Of a DNA stretch of 64,000 nt, positions 1 to 10,585 are shown in pieces. The notes below the pieces were generated by a model. It did no database searches. It saw only the letters and a program-made list of their open reading frames with translations, and was not told where the DNA came from. The first letter of the stretch is position 1, and the number at the start of each line of letters is the position of its first letter. Source of the stretch: a virus (Duplodnaviria; Caudoviricetes); IMG/VR virus record IMGVR_UViG_2690315807_000002, positions 7,479 to 71,478 of that record. One strand, 5' to 3'. The position numbers and the translations under genes are program-made.

Positions 1-20
1 TCCCATTGGAGGAATTAACT

Positions 21-551
21 GTGACCAATCAGACAACCGTAGCTAACTTCGATATCGAAACTTTGACGCCAATCTTTAACTTCATATTGAAAGGTGTACG
101 ACACGAAGACCGTGAAGAAGTTAAATCCGAAGCAGTTCTACGTATTCTGACTGCCATCGACAAAAGACAAGTTAAAAAAGATGTGTTTACATTCTCACAC
201 ACTGTCGTTCAACGTGCTGTTTACGACTACTATCGTAAGAATAACAGAATGATTACGAAGAACAGCACTCTTGTAAACTACTGCGATGGTGCAGATGAAG
301 AGCAAGGTTCAACCATTGATTTTTTCTCTTACGCAACTGAAGAAGTGGGCTACGGTCTATCTGATGTAAAGACAGATTACTTGAATAATCACTCTGAATT
401 TACCCCGCAACAACGCAAAATAATTGATTTCATGCTCTTCACGGAAGGAGGAATAGATATGAAACCGACAGAGATTTCTAATTTCCTCGGTTTAGACAAG
501 TCCCATGCTTCACGTGCAATGAGCAAACTTAAAAAGTTATGTCAAAGTTAA
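21..551 (+). CDS. Small sigma-70-family (ECF-like) phage sigma factor
   Basis: Region 2-like DREEVKSEAVLRIL...VVQRAVYDYYRK and region 4 HTH MKPTEISNFLGLDKSHASRAMSKL; GGAGG upstream of GTG at 21. Confidence 0.7.
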   Translation: MTNQTTVANFDIETLTPIFNFILKGVRHEDREEVKSEAVLRILTAIDKRQVKKDVFTFSHTVVQRAVYDYYRKNNRMITKNSTLVNYCDGADEEQGSTIDFFSYATEEVGYGLSDVKTDYLNNHSEFTPQQRKIIDFMLFTEGGIDMKPTEISNFLGLDKSHASRAMSKLKKLCQS

Positions 552-1025
552 ATTCCTTTTAGGGCAAATAATAAAATAAAGGGATCAAATGAATGAATGA
601 AGATACTTTTATTTAAGTATATCACATAACACTTCACATTTTTTTTTATTTTCTCATTTGTTCCTAGGTATTTCTTTCCAAGTATATATACGATCATATT
701 ACCACTCTGCTGAGGGTAGTGTCAATACACTACAATACTGCTTATAACAATACATCTTTATCAAATTCATATAAATATTATTCTAAAAACTTAAGATTAT
801 TTAACCAATTCTTACGTTTTTGAAACAACCTTTTTTTTCTTTTGAATAGGATAGAAACATTACTAAAAATGAAGTGAAGAAACATTTAAGAGAACATTGA
901 ATCTTCCTTACATATCATATCCAACTTCTTAACAAGTCATTCCTATCTTTCAAAAATATGGAACGACGAATTATTTGAAGTTATTTAATCTCAAGCACAA
1001 AACTGTTTATTGGAGGAAGCCCGAT

Positions 1026-1685
1026 ATGTCTAACACTGTAGTTCGTGGTCTTGGAGCAATTCTTTCTGGTGGTGCAGATTTTATTACTTTTCAAGAAGGG
1101 AACCCCATGACTTTGCTCTTTATTGATTGGTTTGAAAACTTGCTCGGTATCCGCGAGCATTTTGAAGCTACTTTGAATCCTAAGTATGTTCGTTGCCCTG
1201 GAAAAAATATTTGTCCCCTGTGTAAAGCAAATCCTTCCAAGTATCCTGCACTTCGCATTAAGTTCCGTGTATATGATGCGGTTGAAAATAAAATAAAATT
1301 CGTATCTCTAGCTAAAACCCACGTTCAAAAATTGAACTGTGATTTCATACAGCACGAGATTGACCCAACTAAGAATTTTGTAACTATCTACCGTACTGGA
1401 AAGGGAGCATCGGATACTTCCTATAGCGCCCGCCGTTACGTAGCTAATCTTGAGGCAAACAATTCACTTGATTATCCTTCTCAAGAATTACTAGACAACA
1501 TACCTGACATTACACCACAAGTAACACCACACAGCCCTGATGAGATTACGGCTTTTGTACAGGCAATGGCCGGTGTTACTCAGTTCTGTACTAACAGCGA
1601 TATTCGATCGCCTCAAGGTAGACATGTACCCTCTTACGAGAAGCAGCAAGGGACTCCAACTGCACATCTTAAGCTGCCATTCTAA
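1026..1685 (+). CDS. gp32-like phage single-stranded DNA-binding protein
   Basis: H...CPGKNICPLC zinc motif, IYRTGKGASDTSY motif, LPF C-terminus, adjacent to DNA polymerase; GGAGG RBS before ATG 1026. Confidence 0.65.
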   Translation: MSNTVVRGLGAILSGGADFITFQEGNPMTLLFIDWFENLLGIREHFEATLNPKYVRCPGKNICPLCKANPSKYPALRIKFRVYDAVENKIKFVSLAKTHVQKLNCDFIQHEIDPTKNFVTIYRTGKGASDTSYSARRYVANLEANNSLDYPSQELLDNIPDITPQVTPHSPDEITAFVQAMAGVTQFCTNSDIRSPQGRHVPSYEKQQGTPTAHLKLPF

Positions 1686-1796
1686 TCGTTAAACGTGAGG
1701 GGATATAACGCCCCTCATTGTTGTACTTACTTAAACCTTAGCACATTCATCATGTTAAGACGTTACAACATTTTAAGTGTAATAGGGAGGGTCACA

Positions 1797-3632
1797 GTGT
1801 CTGAAGCTAATGAAATACTTGAAATTCTCAAAAAGGCTGAAAAGAAAAATGCCCAACCGAGCCGCACTAAAAAAACAGAAATTTTAAAATCTAAAAAAAA
1901 GTTAACTAAAAGAGAACAGCAGATTTTGGATATCGAATTTTCTATTAGAATGCCAGATAACTATACGCTTGTTAATACCCCTGAACTACTTGAGCGGCTA
2001 GTGAAATATTATAAAGCATATAAAAAGATGTATCAAGGCGATGCTTTTGTCTATTTAGATACTGAGACTTATGGACTAAACAACTGGCGGGACTCTTTAA
2101 TATCCATTTCTATCGGTTTTGAATCAGAACAATATTTTAACATACCTATGCGCAAATTTCTACATAATATGTCGAAGGATGTCGAAACTCTGCCTTTTGA
2201 TGTTGTATCCAACGCGCTGAGACCATTGTTAGAAGCTGATTATATGATTGTAATGGCAAACGGGAAATTTGATATTCACGTACTCAAAAATTGGGCAAAT
2301 ATTGACATTACCTTTAATATTCATTGGGATATTATGATAATGGGTGGGTTGTTAAACGAAAACAAACCAAAAGGTTTGAAGGAATGGTACAACTCATACA
2401 CCCTCCCTTGGCTAATTGAGCAAGGTAAAATGAGTCGTGACGAACTCAGTCGGCCAACCTTCAAGTTTGGTAGCATGTTCGACAAAATCCCATATGATAG
2501 TATACCTCACAGTATTGCCAATTATTATGCTTGCCATGACGTGTTCATGACACATTGGGTGTTCAGATATCAAAAATTCATTATAGAAAATCCTTCTTTT
2601 GGACTATATCGTGTTTACAAATTGTTCAGAGAAGTTGAGATGCCATTGGTGGCAATTTTCGCCACTGCAGAACGGCGAGGTGTAGAACTTGATTCTAAGT
2701 TTCTCAAAGACATTATAGGTAGAGTTCTTCAAGAAAAGTTGGATGAACTTAAGAAAGATATCTTCAGTGTCTTAGGCAGAACGATTACCCTCACCAAATC
2801 AAGAACACGTCAGCGACAGGGTATTAAGTTCAAGGAAGAATATGAGATCGTTGAAGAATTTAATCTTGCTTCTCCCGCGCATCTAGCAATTAAGTTATAC
2901 GTGGAGCACGAGATACTTGAGCCTGAGATGGTTTACGTCAAAGAACTCAAGCGTAAAGTACCTACGCAATCAACAAGCAAGAAGGTACTGACAAGGAATA
3001 AGAATGTCCTGGTCACTGTAAACGACAAGGCTCATAAAATAGTAGATTATATTCTGGAATATCGAGGTCTTTCCAAGCTGATTGATGCTTTTTGCAATAA
3101 ACTTCCTAATGACACAGTGGAAGGTATTATACACTGTTCCTACAATCAAATGGTTCGTACCGGGCGTGTATCCTGTTCAGCACCGAATCTGCAACAGATT
3201 CCATCAAAGTTCGACCTTATACGATATGCATTCCGTGCATCTGCTGGTCGCTTGCTAGTTTCTGCCGACTTTTCACAACAAGAACTTCGCTGGTTAGCTA
3301 TCTTTTCTCAGGAGCAAACCCTCATTGATATATTTAAGTTGGATTTGGATATGCACAGTCGGGTAACGTGCCAGATTCACGGATTTGATTACGATATGTT
3401 TGAGATGATTCGAAGTTACAAGGGTGAGTCCGAAAAAGAAACTTCTAATAAAATAGAGGAAATAAATGCGAAATATTATGGTTCTCAAGAACTTCTCTTC
3501 GCAATGACCTATCTTAATAGTAAGGAAAAAGGGGCGAACGCTTCCACTGTGGGGGGTTCAAGCCAAACGATTGAATACCTTGCTGGATTATTTGAACTGC
3601 TCCGTAAGAAAACTAAATCCGTAGTGTTCGGT
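1797..3632 (+). CDS. polA: Family A DNA polymerase, exon 1 (3'-5' exonuclease and polymerase up to motif B)
   Basis: ExoI LDTET, ExoII NGKFD, ExoIII YACHD, RTGRVSCSAPNLQQIP, motif A ADFSQQELR, motif B start RKKTKSVVFG; GGGAGG RBS before GTG 1797. Confidence 0.92.
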
Positions 3633-4140
3633 AACAACTATGCCGAATTTAAACTCCTCTCATATCGGTGAAATCTAAGTGGCTGTCGAGAGACGCTCCA
3701 TACGGCAATACCGAGCTAAAACTCGCTAGGTTAGTAGTGAATGATGGTGTAGAGACTTATCATAGGTCGCCTGACCACTAGTGGTCAAATCAATCGAATC
3801 TATGTAATGGGGAGAACAGTTATCTCTTAGATAGGATCAACCTAAGGCATTGCTCTTTACTGAAGATGCTAAATTTATCCAATATGTTTGAATTTATGGG
3901 AAATGTAAGATTACAAGGTGTCTCGAATCGCTTTGGTACTTACAGTAAATTGTGTTGAAGCATGAGGGAACTTGTTAGTATTGATCTCAGGCGGTAAAGG
4001 CTTTTCGAAAAGCACTTTAGGTTCATAGAGAACTGAGAGCGGTTAACTATCTCAAAACTAATCATCGCGAGATTGACCGCCGTAGTTTTATAACTGTTAA
4101 GGGATAGTCCACTCCCATAGAAATATGGGGATACGAAATG
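3633..4140 (+). ncRNA. Group I self-splicing intron (IA-like), no intact homing endonuclease ORF
   Basis: P1: exon UUCGGU pairs with GCCGAA (3642-3647) with U.G at the splice site; P3 3654-3659/3809-3814; P4 UCGGU/ACCGA; R GUAGAGACU at 3749; P8 AACAGUUAU 3815-3823/AUAACUGUU 4090-4098; S AAGGGAUAGUCC 4099-4110; P9 hairpin; terminal G4140; removal restores motif B in frame. Confidence 0.92.
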
Positions 4141-4899
4141 GTAGTTTACGGTATTACTGAGTTAGGGCTAAGTGAGCAAATTGGTTCTAGTAAAGAGGAG
4201 GCTAAGCAACTAATTGAAGGCTTTAAATCCTCCATGCCCAACTATCTTATGTGGGAAGCAACAACTCACAAGGAAGTAATGGAGAAGGGGTTCATAGAGA
4301 CTGTTCTCGGACGTAAACGTAGATTTGGTGAGACCATTGCCGAAGCTAAACAAGAGGACATCTGGAAGAAGTCAGGATGGCATTGGAAGATTGAAAAATG
4401 CAAACGTCAGTCCTGCAATGCCAAGATTCAGGGTTCATCTGCTGACCAAACCAAGAAGGCAATGGTTGATCTATTTTACCCGACCCGTCTTGACGGAACG
4501 AAGTGTTTAGACCGCCGTGAGTGGTTACGTGAAGGCTATATGTCTCAGCTTGAGAAGGACGACCTTCACCTTGTTCTTCAGGTGCATGACGAGTTGATTT
4601 TTGATGTCCCAGAGACAGTTGACCCTGCAGCGCTCAAAGCGATCACGGACACTATGGCGAATGTCATCCCCAATGACGTAGGCGTTAAGTTCAAATCAGA
4701 TATTGAAGTAAGCCCTTATTGGGGTGGTAATTTCTCCAAAGAACAAATCCGTCTCATGACTGAAGGCCTGTTGGACTGGAAGGATATATTCAAGGAAGAG
4801 GTGAATAAGAAACTTTCTAAGTTCGGCTTTGACTACAAAGTTGGAATTTTTGCTGATGGAGACTTAGATGATGAGAATGATAGTGAAGAAAACACTTAA
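4141..4899 (+). CDS. polA: Family A DNA polymerase, exon 2 (motif B end to C-terminus)
   Basis: VVYG completes motif B; ETVLGRKRR, NAKIQGSSAD, motif C VHDEL. Confidence 0.92.
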   Translation, partial: VVYGITELGLSEQIGSSKEEAKQLIEGFKSSMPNYLMWEATTHKEVMEKGFIETVLGRKRRFGETIAEAKQEDIWKKSGWHWKIEKCKRQSCNAKIQGSSADQTKKAMVDLFYPTRLDGTKCLDRREWLREGYMSQLEKDDLHLVLQVHDELIFDVPETVDPAALKAITDTMANVIPNDVGVKFKSDIEVSPYWGGNFSKEQIRLMTEGLLDWKDIFKEEVNKKLSKFGFDYKVGIFADGDLDDENDSEENT

Positions 4900-4962
4900 T
4901 ACGATTCTTTTTGTTTTTTTGAAAGTTAGTTACTTATAATGTGTTTAGCTGATTAAAAGGGA

Positions 4963-5430
4963 GTGATTTTTATGCCATCCGTAGGCATTCGAATATGGGG
5001 AAATTCCCACCTCGCCCCTCAACGTGAGGTGGAATCTGGAGTGAATGACATAATCGTTATCAACGTCAACGGTACAGACTACACAATTGTCCTTGATGCA
5101 GGAAGTTATATATCAAGCCATGAGCATGTAACCTCTAGCTTTGTACAGCATGTGAACGACAAATTGATCGAGGTAGGCTGTCCTGTTATTGCAAAGGTAG
5201 GAGGTATTCATGATGACCAGCCACGTACAGTGCTGTTATTTGAGACATCTGAATCATCCGAGAGAGTGACAATGTCTATTGAGGGGCCAGGTGCAGTAGA
5301 GTTTATCGGTGATGCACCATACCAGACAGTACCAGCTGTTGAAGAAACCCAGATTGACGGTCTACCTTCTAAAGTTGCAGCACGTGGTACCGGCATGATT
5401 TCCCTCACAGGAGAAATTGGGGTATCTTAA
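4963..5430 (+). CDS. Hypothetical beta-rich protein, possibly virion-associated
   Basis: Clean ORF with RBS, preceded by CTTATAATG motif; C-terminus resembles the LPSxIxV repeats of the 2838-aa protein. Confidence 0.55.
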   Translation: MIFMPSVGIRIWGNSHLAPQREVESGVNDIIVINVNGTDYTIVLDAGSYISSHEHVTSSFVQHVNDKLIEVGCPVIAKVGGIHDDQPRTVLLFETSESSERVTMSIEGPGAVEFIGDAPYQTVPAVEETQIDGLPSKVAARGTGMISLTGEIGVS

Positions 5431-5484
5431 TCTCCCTAAACAGTAAAGTAATTTTGATAATTCATAGTAGATAATTAGTAAGTC

Positions 5485-5508
5485 AAAGACCTCTAAGGGG
5501 TCTTTTTT
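5485..5508 (+). terminator. Rho-independent terminator
   Basis: AAAGACC-tctaagg-GGTCTTT followed by T run. Confidence 0.7.
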
Positions 5509-5516
5509 CATTGCCG

Positions 5517-5545
5517 CACCCTTTCGGGCTAGTGGGTTGACTACT
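5517..5545 (+). promoter_or_regulatory. Putative element-sigma promoter CACC-N18-GACYA (copy 1)
   Basis: Same bipartite motif and spacing at 8616, 10586 and 12062. Confidence 0.55.
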
Positions 5546-5695
5546 AGAGTGTATGCCAAACAAGCAACTGATAGGAGATGATCCCATGACAACAGGAAAA
5601 TCCCACTCCAAGAACGTATATCCCAACGAAGTCAAGCCTTGAAATCACTTCCATTAGCAAGTGCGTGGAGCGACTATTAGAAAGAGGGTAACAAT

Positions 5696-5935
5696 ATGAA
5701 GATGACAACACAACAATACGCAGAAATCATCGCAGGTAAGGTTGCTCATACTGCAAAAAACATTGCAAAGAACAGTGGTCGTAAGGAAGAAGCAGATTCC
5801 GATGTAGCTGCCGCAATGATTGTAACGTTCGCAGAAGAGATGATGGAAGTCATCCGAAAGAGTACACCCCATACACCAAACCCCTTATCTAAAACCTTCG
5901 TGAAGCTGAAACGGTTTCTGCGAGGTGTTGGGTAA
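5696..5935 (+). CDS. Hypothetical protein
   Basis: ORF with GAGGG RBS, translationally coupled to the next gene. Confidence 0.6.
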   Translation: MKMTTQQYAEIIAGKVAHTAKNIAKNSGRKEEADSDVAAAMIVTFAEEMMEVIRKSTPHTPNPLSKTFVKLKRFLRGVG

Positions 5936-7053
5936 TGTTTGAGCGGTACTTAGTTGGCGGACGACTTGACCCACCCTACTTTCCGACGAAACCAAGCCCT
6001 CACTTTGTAGGTAGGGAAATCATAATTCCAGCTAAAGCGAACGGGGATAGAACTGTCAAGGATACCTTTACAATGTCACATGACCTGGAGTTCTATGCGG
6101 TATCCATCCGAACCAATTCGAACAACGTCGAAGACTACTGGAATCTGATGATAGATGGCAATTTTGTTGCTAAGAACATCCACTGTAAAAACTACGAGGA
6201 GGGATTATATTTTCAGGTGGCACATCCTGTGGCGGCAGGTAAAGAGTTCCTCTTTGAGTACCATACACCTCAAGGAGACAGAAGAAATTTTGAGTTAATG
6301 TTTCACTTTCTTACTGAGCATAACGTTGATTTGGTACTCACTGAAACAACAGATTTGGGAAATTACCCTGATCCTTCCGAAGAGCCAGTAGATGACCAGC
6401 AGCCACCGGATACGCCTGAAGATGGTATACAGCTTCCCATTACGTGGAAACCGTTTATTTCCGTCGTAGATGCATACAAATGGACACAGAACCTTGGCGT
6501 TTCGGTAAACTTCGCAAACAAACTTGATGCAGCAAACTATGTGACTGAAGCCTTGGCGCTTTTACTGAACACATGCGATGGCTTTAAAGAGATGATTCAG
6601 AAGCACAAGCTAACTATTAACATAGAGAATGGAAACGGAGCTAATGGTTACTTTGATCCTGCTTCTGGAAAGGTAGTCATAAGCAAGACGTATGACTACA
6701 CTAACGCCGCCACAATTGCTCAAATGGAGTACAGCACAGGGCAGAAGTCTTCACCCGACAAGCTGCGCACAATCATTCATGAGATTGGGCACTGGCTTCA
6801 TTATCACAATATCGGATCACAGCAGTTCTTTCAATATTCAGCACTTGACCCTGATAACTACGGCGTGAAGACAATACTATCAAACGCTCAATCATCTTAC
6901 ATAGCAAACAACCTGTGTAACTACGCTACCAAGTGGTTTCCTATTGAGTTTGTCCCTGAGACATTCACTGCCAAAATAACCGGAGTCCCCATTGATGCTA
7001 AAATATGGGAGTGGTACGAGCAATACGGTGGATACAAATGTATGGGATGGTAG
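5935..7053 (+). CDS. Fusion of a tail-protein-like N-terminal domain and a HEXXH zincin-like domain
   Basis: N-terminus YLVGGRLDPPYFPTK is paralogous to 30969-31355; Pro/Asp linker; IIHEIGHWLH plus downstream EFVPETF. Confidence 0.7.
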   Translation: MFERYLVGGRLDPPYFPTKPSPHFVGREIIIPAKANGDRTVKDTFTMSHDLEFYAVSIRTNSNNVEDYWNLMIDGNFVAKNIHCKNYEEGLYFQVAHPVAAGKEFLFEYHTPQGDRRNFELMFHFLTEHNVDLVLTETTDLGNYPDPSEEPVDDQQPPDTPEDGIQLPITWKPFISVVDAYKWTQNLGVSVNFANKLDAANYVTEALALLLNTCDGFKEMIQKHKLTINIENGNGANGYFDPASGKVVISKTYDYTNAATIAQMEYSTGQKSSPDKLRTIIHEIGHWLHYHNIGSQQFFQYSALDPDNYGVKTILSNAQSSYIANNLCNYATKWFPIEFVPETFTAKITGVPIDAKIWEWYEQYGGYKCMGW

Positions 7054-7123
7054 ATATCTATCAATAAAATTGCAAGTTTTTATGAATGTATTAAATAAAA
7101 GCAACATAAGGGGGCTATGCTTA

Positions 7124-7342
7124 ATGGACATTACAGTTCCTTGCGTATTCTGTAAACACTTCAATCGGGACGAACGTGCAAGAATGACTTGTGCTGCATT
7201 CCCTAACGGGATTCCCAAGGACATTCAAGAAGTAAAAGTGATTCATACTTACCAATACCCTGCCGACAATGGGGTTCAATATGAAGCGTTAAGTGATAAT
7301 CAAGACTATTTCAAATATTTTAAGGGAGTGACTCGATTATAA
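7124..7342 (+). CDS. Small Cys-rich protein (CxxCxH...CxAFPxGIP), candidate partner/immunity protein
   Basis: CVFCKH...CAAFPNGIPKDI...H...DNGVQY; RBS before ATG 7124. Confidence 0.65.
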   Translation: MDITVPCVFCKHFNRDERARMTCAAFPNGIPKDIQEVKVIHTYQYPADNGVQYEALSDNQDYFKYFKGVTRL

Positions 7343-7500
7343 ATGTATGAGCAATTGCATTCCTTATCATTTAGATAAACCTACCACCCAACGTAATGAA
7401 TTTATGAAAACTACAGCTAATTATAGAAGAATCGAAGACGAGTTTAAGATTTTGCAACTCTAACTAACCATATATCGACCACTATAATGAGGTGATCTGA

Positions 7501-7854
7501 ATGATAGGCTTCTTAAACAAGTGCCCTCATTGTGGGGCACGTTCTTCTTTTACACCTGAAGAAATGGAATGCGATAAGGCACTAGTTCTGTGGTGTAACA
7601 ACTGCGGTAACTTCATAAATCAAACCTTGACTATCGAAACTGTTCTCAGGTGGTGGCTTCGCTACAATGAAGGGGAGGAAACAATAGTCCCTCCAGTCAG
7701 CAGGAAAAATCTTCAGAAACTCATAAATATTGAGCAGATGCTTAACGAAGAAGGCGAGTGGATGGAAAGTATAGAGATACACATTAAAGACTTCAGAGAG
7801 TACCATTATACAGAAGTAGAGGGTGAAAACCATGAAGGTTCAGGTAACGGCTAA
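7501..7854 (+). CDS. Zinc-ribbon hypothetical protein
   Basis: CPHC...CNNC; GAGGTG RBS. Confidence 0.65.
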   Translation: MIGFLNKCPHCGARSSFTPEEMECDKALVLWCNNCGNFINQTLTIETVLRWWLRYNEGEETIVPPVSRKNLQKLINIEQMLNEEGEWMESIEIHIKDFREYHYTEVEGENHEGSGNG

Positions 7855-8161
7855 GTTCTTCCTTGATAATGGGGAAGTTAAGCGAGTCGATTGGTTTGAG
7901 ATTGATCCTAAGTTGATAGGTAAGATTGTAGAGAATGGTGTTGACAAGCCTATTGAAATTATTCTCAAGTCGGCAAAGGACGTACAGGATGAATACAAAA
8001 AGATATTCCGCAGGCTTCATCGCCAGGGAGAGATGTTCATTGTTGAGAACATCAACGGAGAGTTAGCAGGTGTACCTTTTACCAAGGTGACCTACTGGAC
8101 ATTAAAAGCGAGAGAGGTTACAAAGAATGTAACCGAGTCTACTAATAGAGCGAGTGTCTGA
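7832..8161 (+). CDS. Hypothetical protein
   Basis: ORF overlapping the previous gene, GAGGGTG RBS. Confidence 0.6.
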   Translation: MKVQVTAKFFLDNGEVKRVDWFEIDPKLIGKIVENGVDKPIEIILKSAKDVQDEYKKIFRRLHRQGEMFIVENINGELAGVPFTKVTYWTLKAREVTKNVTESTNRASV

Positions 8162-8571
8162 TATACCTTGAGAAAATCTGAGTACTAACCTCTCACTTCT
8201 ACCATTGCTAGCTAACCTGAGATATTTGAACTGGAGAGACTGGGTAACTTATACACTACTACGGTCATCTCTCCCTCGTACAACCTTCAATCGTGACTGC
8301 CACTTTTAATCGCTAATGGATAATACAAGGGCGTATCTGTCACTGGCAACTGTTCCGCACAGATACTAGTGCACCGAAGGCAGGAAGGTGAATGTAGGTT
8401 GCATAATTAGATGAGAGTCGTGGGGTCACAGACGTATTTAGATATTATAATTGACAATATCAGACCTTCTAATAGTTGCTCGTTGACTATCTGGAAGGTC
8501 TATTTCATGATGTAAGAGTTCCTGAAACAAGGGAGAATGAGTCTAAAAGGGCATGAAAATAAAATGTACGT

Positions 8572-8597
8572 AAGAGACCTATGGGTCTCTTTTTTTT
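8572..8597 (+). terminator. Rho-independent terminator
   Basis: AAGAGACC-tatg-GGTCTCTT plus T run. Confidence 0.7.
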
Positions 8598-8615
8598 GAC
8601 TGGAAATTCTCATCG

Positions 8616-8644
8616 CACCCCTCAATGGGGATACCCCGACTACT
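8616..8644 (+). promoter_or_regulatory. Putative element-sigma promoter CACC-N18-GACYA (copy 2)
   Basis: Repeated bipartite motif directly after a terminator. Confidence 0.5.
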
Positions 8645-9051
8645 GAAGTATAAGCAGTTGAACTACACTGCTGAGGGCTCTGTATGATTAAAAAGAACAT
8701 ATCTTATCATATAGATATTCCGGTCACCTTAGAGGGGAGGAAAAGTGAACAGATAAAAAAATAACGGTATACTAAGTATAAAATGAAGAAATATCATTAT
8801 CAGTTAAAATTATGCAAAGTTGATTAATAACATGGCTGAACAATGAGCAGACTTGATAATTCAACTTTGCAAATGACGAAGTAAACTAGAACTTAGTGAA
8901 AACTCATTCCTATCGCGACTATTAGAGTGATCGAAGTACTTTATCCAGTGAAAAATGATTAGAATTCTATTAAACCTAAATAAAGCCAGTAACACGACAT
9001 TATCAACAAATGATGGGATAGCTTTAACCTCACATTACTAGGAGGATCAAA

Positions 9052-9348
9052 ATGGCAAGCACTTATGTCTACACTCTCGGAGTCATAGTAGAGCAAGTCG
9101 AGCAGATTGAGAGATCTATTAAGAATATGGAGCAAACTATGCGTCATGTATCGCCTGCCACTGTGGATGTAATTCGCAGTAACAAGTCTCAACTTGAAGA
9201 ATTGCTTGAACGCATCATGAATGCTGATGTGACCTCCACATTTAGTTTACAAGCTTATATCGAAGTCAACAAACAGTGCCTGCAGGACTGTTTCTCTGCT
9301 GACTACACAAACCGTCTCAGCACAATTGGGAGGACGAGAAGACAATGA
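9052..9348 (+). CDS. Hypothetical protein
   Basis: AGGAGG RBS, helical ORF. Confidence 0.65.
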   Translation: MASTYVYTLGVIVEQVEQIERSIKNMEQTMRHVSPATVDVIRSNKSQLEELLERIMNADVTSTFSLQAYIEVNKQCLQDCFSADYTNRLSTIGRTRRQ

Positions 9349-9587
9349 AAATCAAATTCCGTGATGTATATGAAATCCTGCAGAACAATCGGAAGGCTGT
9401 TTTGGATATGGGTCTTGATGTGACAAATGTTCTTGATGGTGAAGGTAAATGCTTAATTTCAGATGAACTAGATGTGCTGAAAGAAAGTTACGCAGACCTG
9501 TACAATTCAGACATTAAATTGAACGAGAATATTGACGCTATTAGGGCTAAAGCTAACTCTTGTTATAAGTGTTTAGACCTTAGTTGA
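9345..9587 (+). CDS. Hypothetical protein
   Basis: ATGA overlap with the previous gene. Confidence 0.6.
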   Translation: MKIKFRDVYEILQNNRKAVLDMGLDVTNVLDGEGKCLISDELDVLKESYADLYNSDIKLNENIDAIRAKANSCYKCLDLS

Positions 9588-9717
9588 TAGGTAAACATCA
9601 GAATGTTTTTGATCAATAAATATATACCTATTACATCCAGAGTTTCTAAAACTAGTGACGAATAGCACTGTGTCAGCTTGGGATAAAAAATAAGCGGCTT
9701 ATTTTACTAAGAATGGC

Positions 9718-9969
9718 GTGATATGGATGAAAATTGACAATAGAATAGTCGAGGGGCTTCGATTAAAAGATGTGCCCGAAAACAAAACGAAAGAGATACA
9801 CTTCTACGCTAACGGGAAGAGTATTTTTCTGAGTTCCATTACTGAAGAGAAATTGATTAACGAGGAACAGTTGGATATGTTCCAGCACTGGATTGAAGAG
9901 ACTACTCTTAACCTGCCGACTTACCAGACATTGTTAGAAATTCTTGAAACAGAAGGTAATGTGGTCTAA
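9718..9969 (+). CDS. Hypothetical protein
   Basis: Clean ORF. Confidence 0.55.
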   Translation: MIWMKIDNRIVEGLRLKDVPENKTKEIHFYANGKSIFLSSITEEKLINEEQLDMFQHWIEETTLNLPTYQTLLEILETEGNVV

Positions 9970-10228
9970 TGATAGAGAGCTCGTGAGCTCGTCCATTTTC
10001 ACAAGAGCACTGTGTTTGCAAGCGGAACGTGCCAGTGACATTATCTTGGTACTAACTATGTTAACTTGTTCCAAGCACTAATGTGTGGCTTGCTGAAAAA
10101 TATGGAGTTCTCCATATGGATAACCGTCTAAGTCCCCTATCTATATATTGCAGCTATCGTAGCAACTATGAATGGATCAAGAAGTAGTTAATTAACCGTG
10201 CAGGAGTAAGCTAAAAAGTTAAGGAGGC

Positions 10229-10558
10229 ATGCCTATGTTTCCAGAAGTGGACGACTTCATAGAAATTGATAGTGAAGGACACCCCCATAACGGTCTTATT
10301 GGCAGAGTTGTCAAACTCGCCCCGAATAGGGTTACTTTCAATCTGTATGGTAAGGAAGTTTCTATTGCGGAGCGTTTTGTCAAAGTAAAAGCAAAACTAG
10401 GAACACGGGCACATATCTTACTGAGTCGGAAGTCTATGCACTGGGAACTGGATTCTCTGGATTTCATAGGCTTATATGTTCTTATGGACATTGCTTTATG
10501 GATGCGAGACTACGAGTGGTGTAGAGATATTCAACAACGGATGGCTAAGGTGGGCTAA
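10229..10558 (+). CDS. Hypothetical protein with SH3/KOW-like N-terminus and IDEAL-like C-terminus
   Basis: GLIGRVVK beta module; LMDIALWMRDYEWC resembles the IDEAL motif; AAGGAGG RBS. Confidence 0.55.
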   Translation: MPMFPEVDDFIEIDSEGHPHNGLIGRVVKLAPNRVTFNLYGKEVSIAERFVKVKAKLGTRAHILLSRKSMHWELDSLDFIGLYVLMDIALWMRDYEWCRDIQQRMAKVG

Positions 10559-10583
10559 GGTGGGCTAAGCGCCCACCTTTTTT
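10557..10583 (+). terminator. Rho-independent terminator
   Basis: AAGGTGGGC-taagc-GCCCACCTT plus T run. Confidence 0.75.
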
Positions 10584-10585
10584 CA

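Noticed and set aside
552-1020. Possible ncRNA or origin in the AT-rich gap after the first sigma gene
   Set aside because: Only weak imperfect inverted repeats; nothing I can support
3633-4140. Intein or simple pseudogene break in polA
   Set aside because: The insert has stops, no intein termini, and a full set of group I pairings that restore the frame
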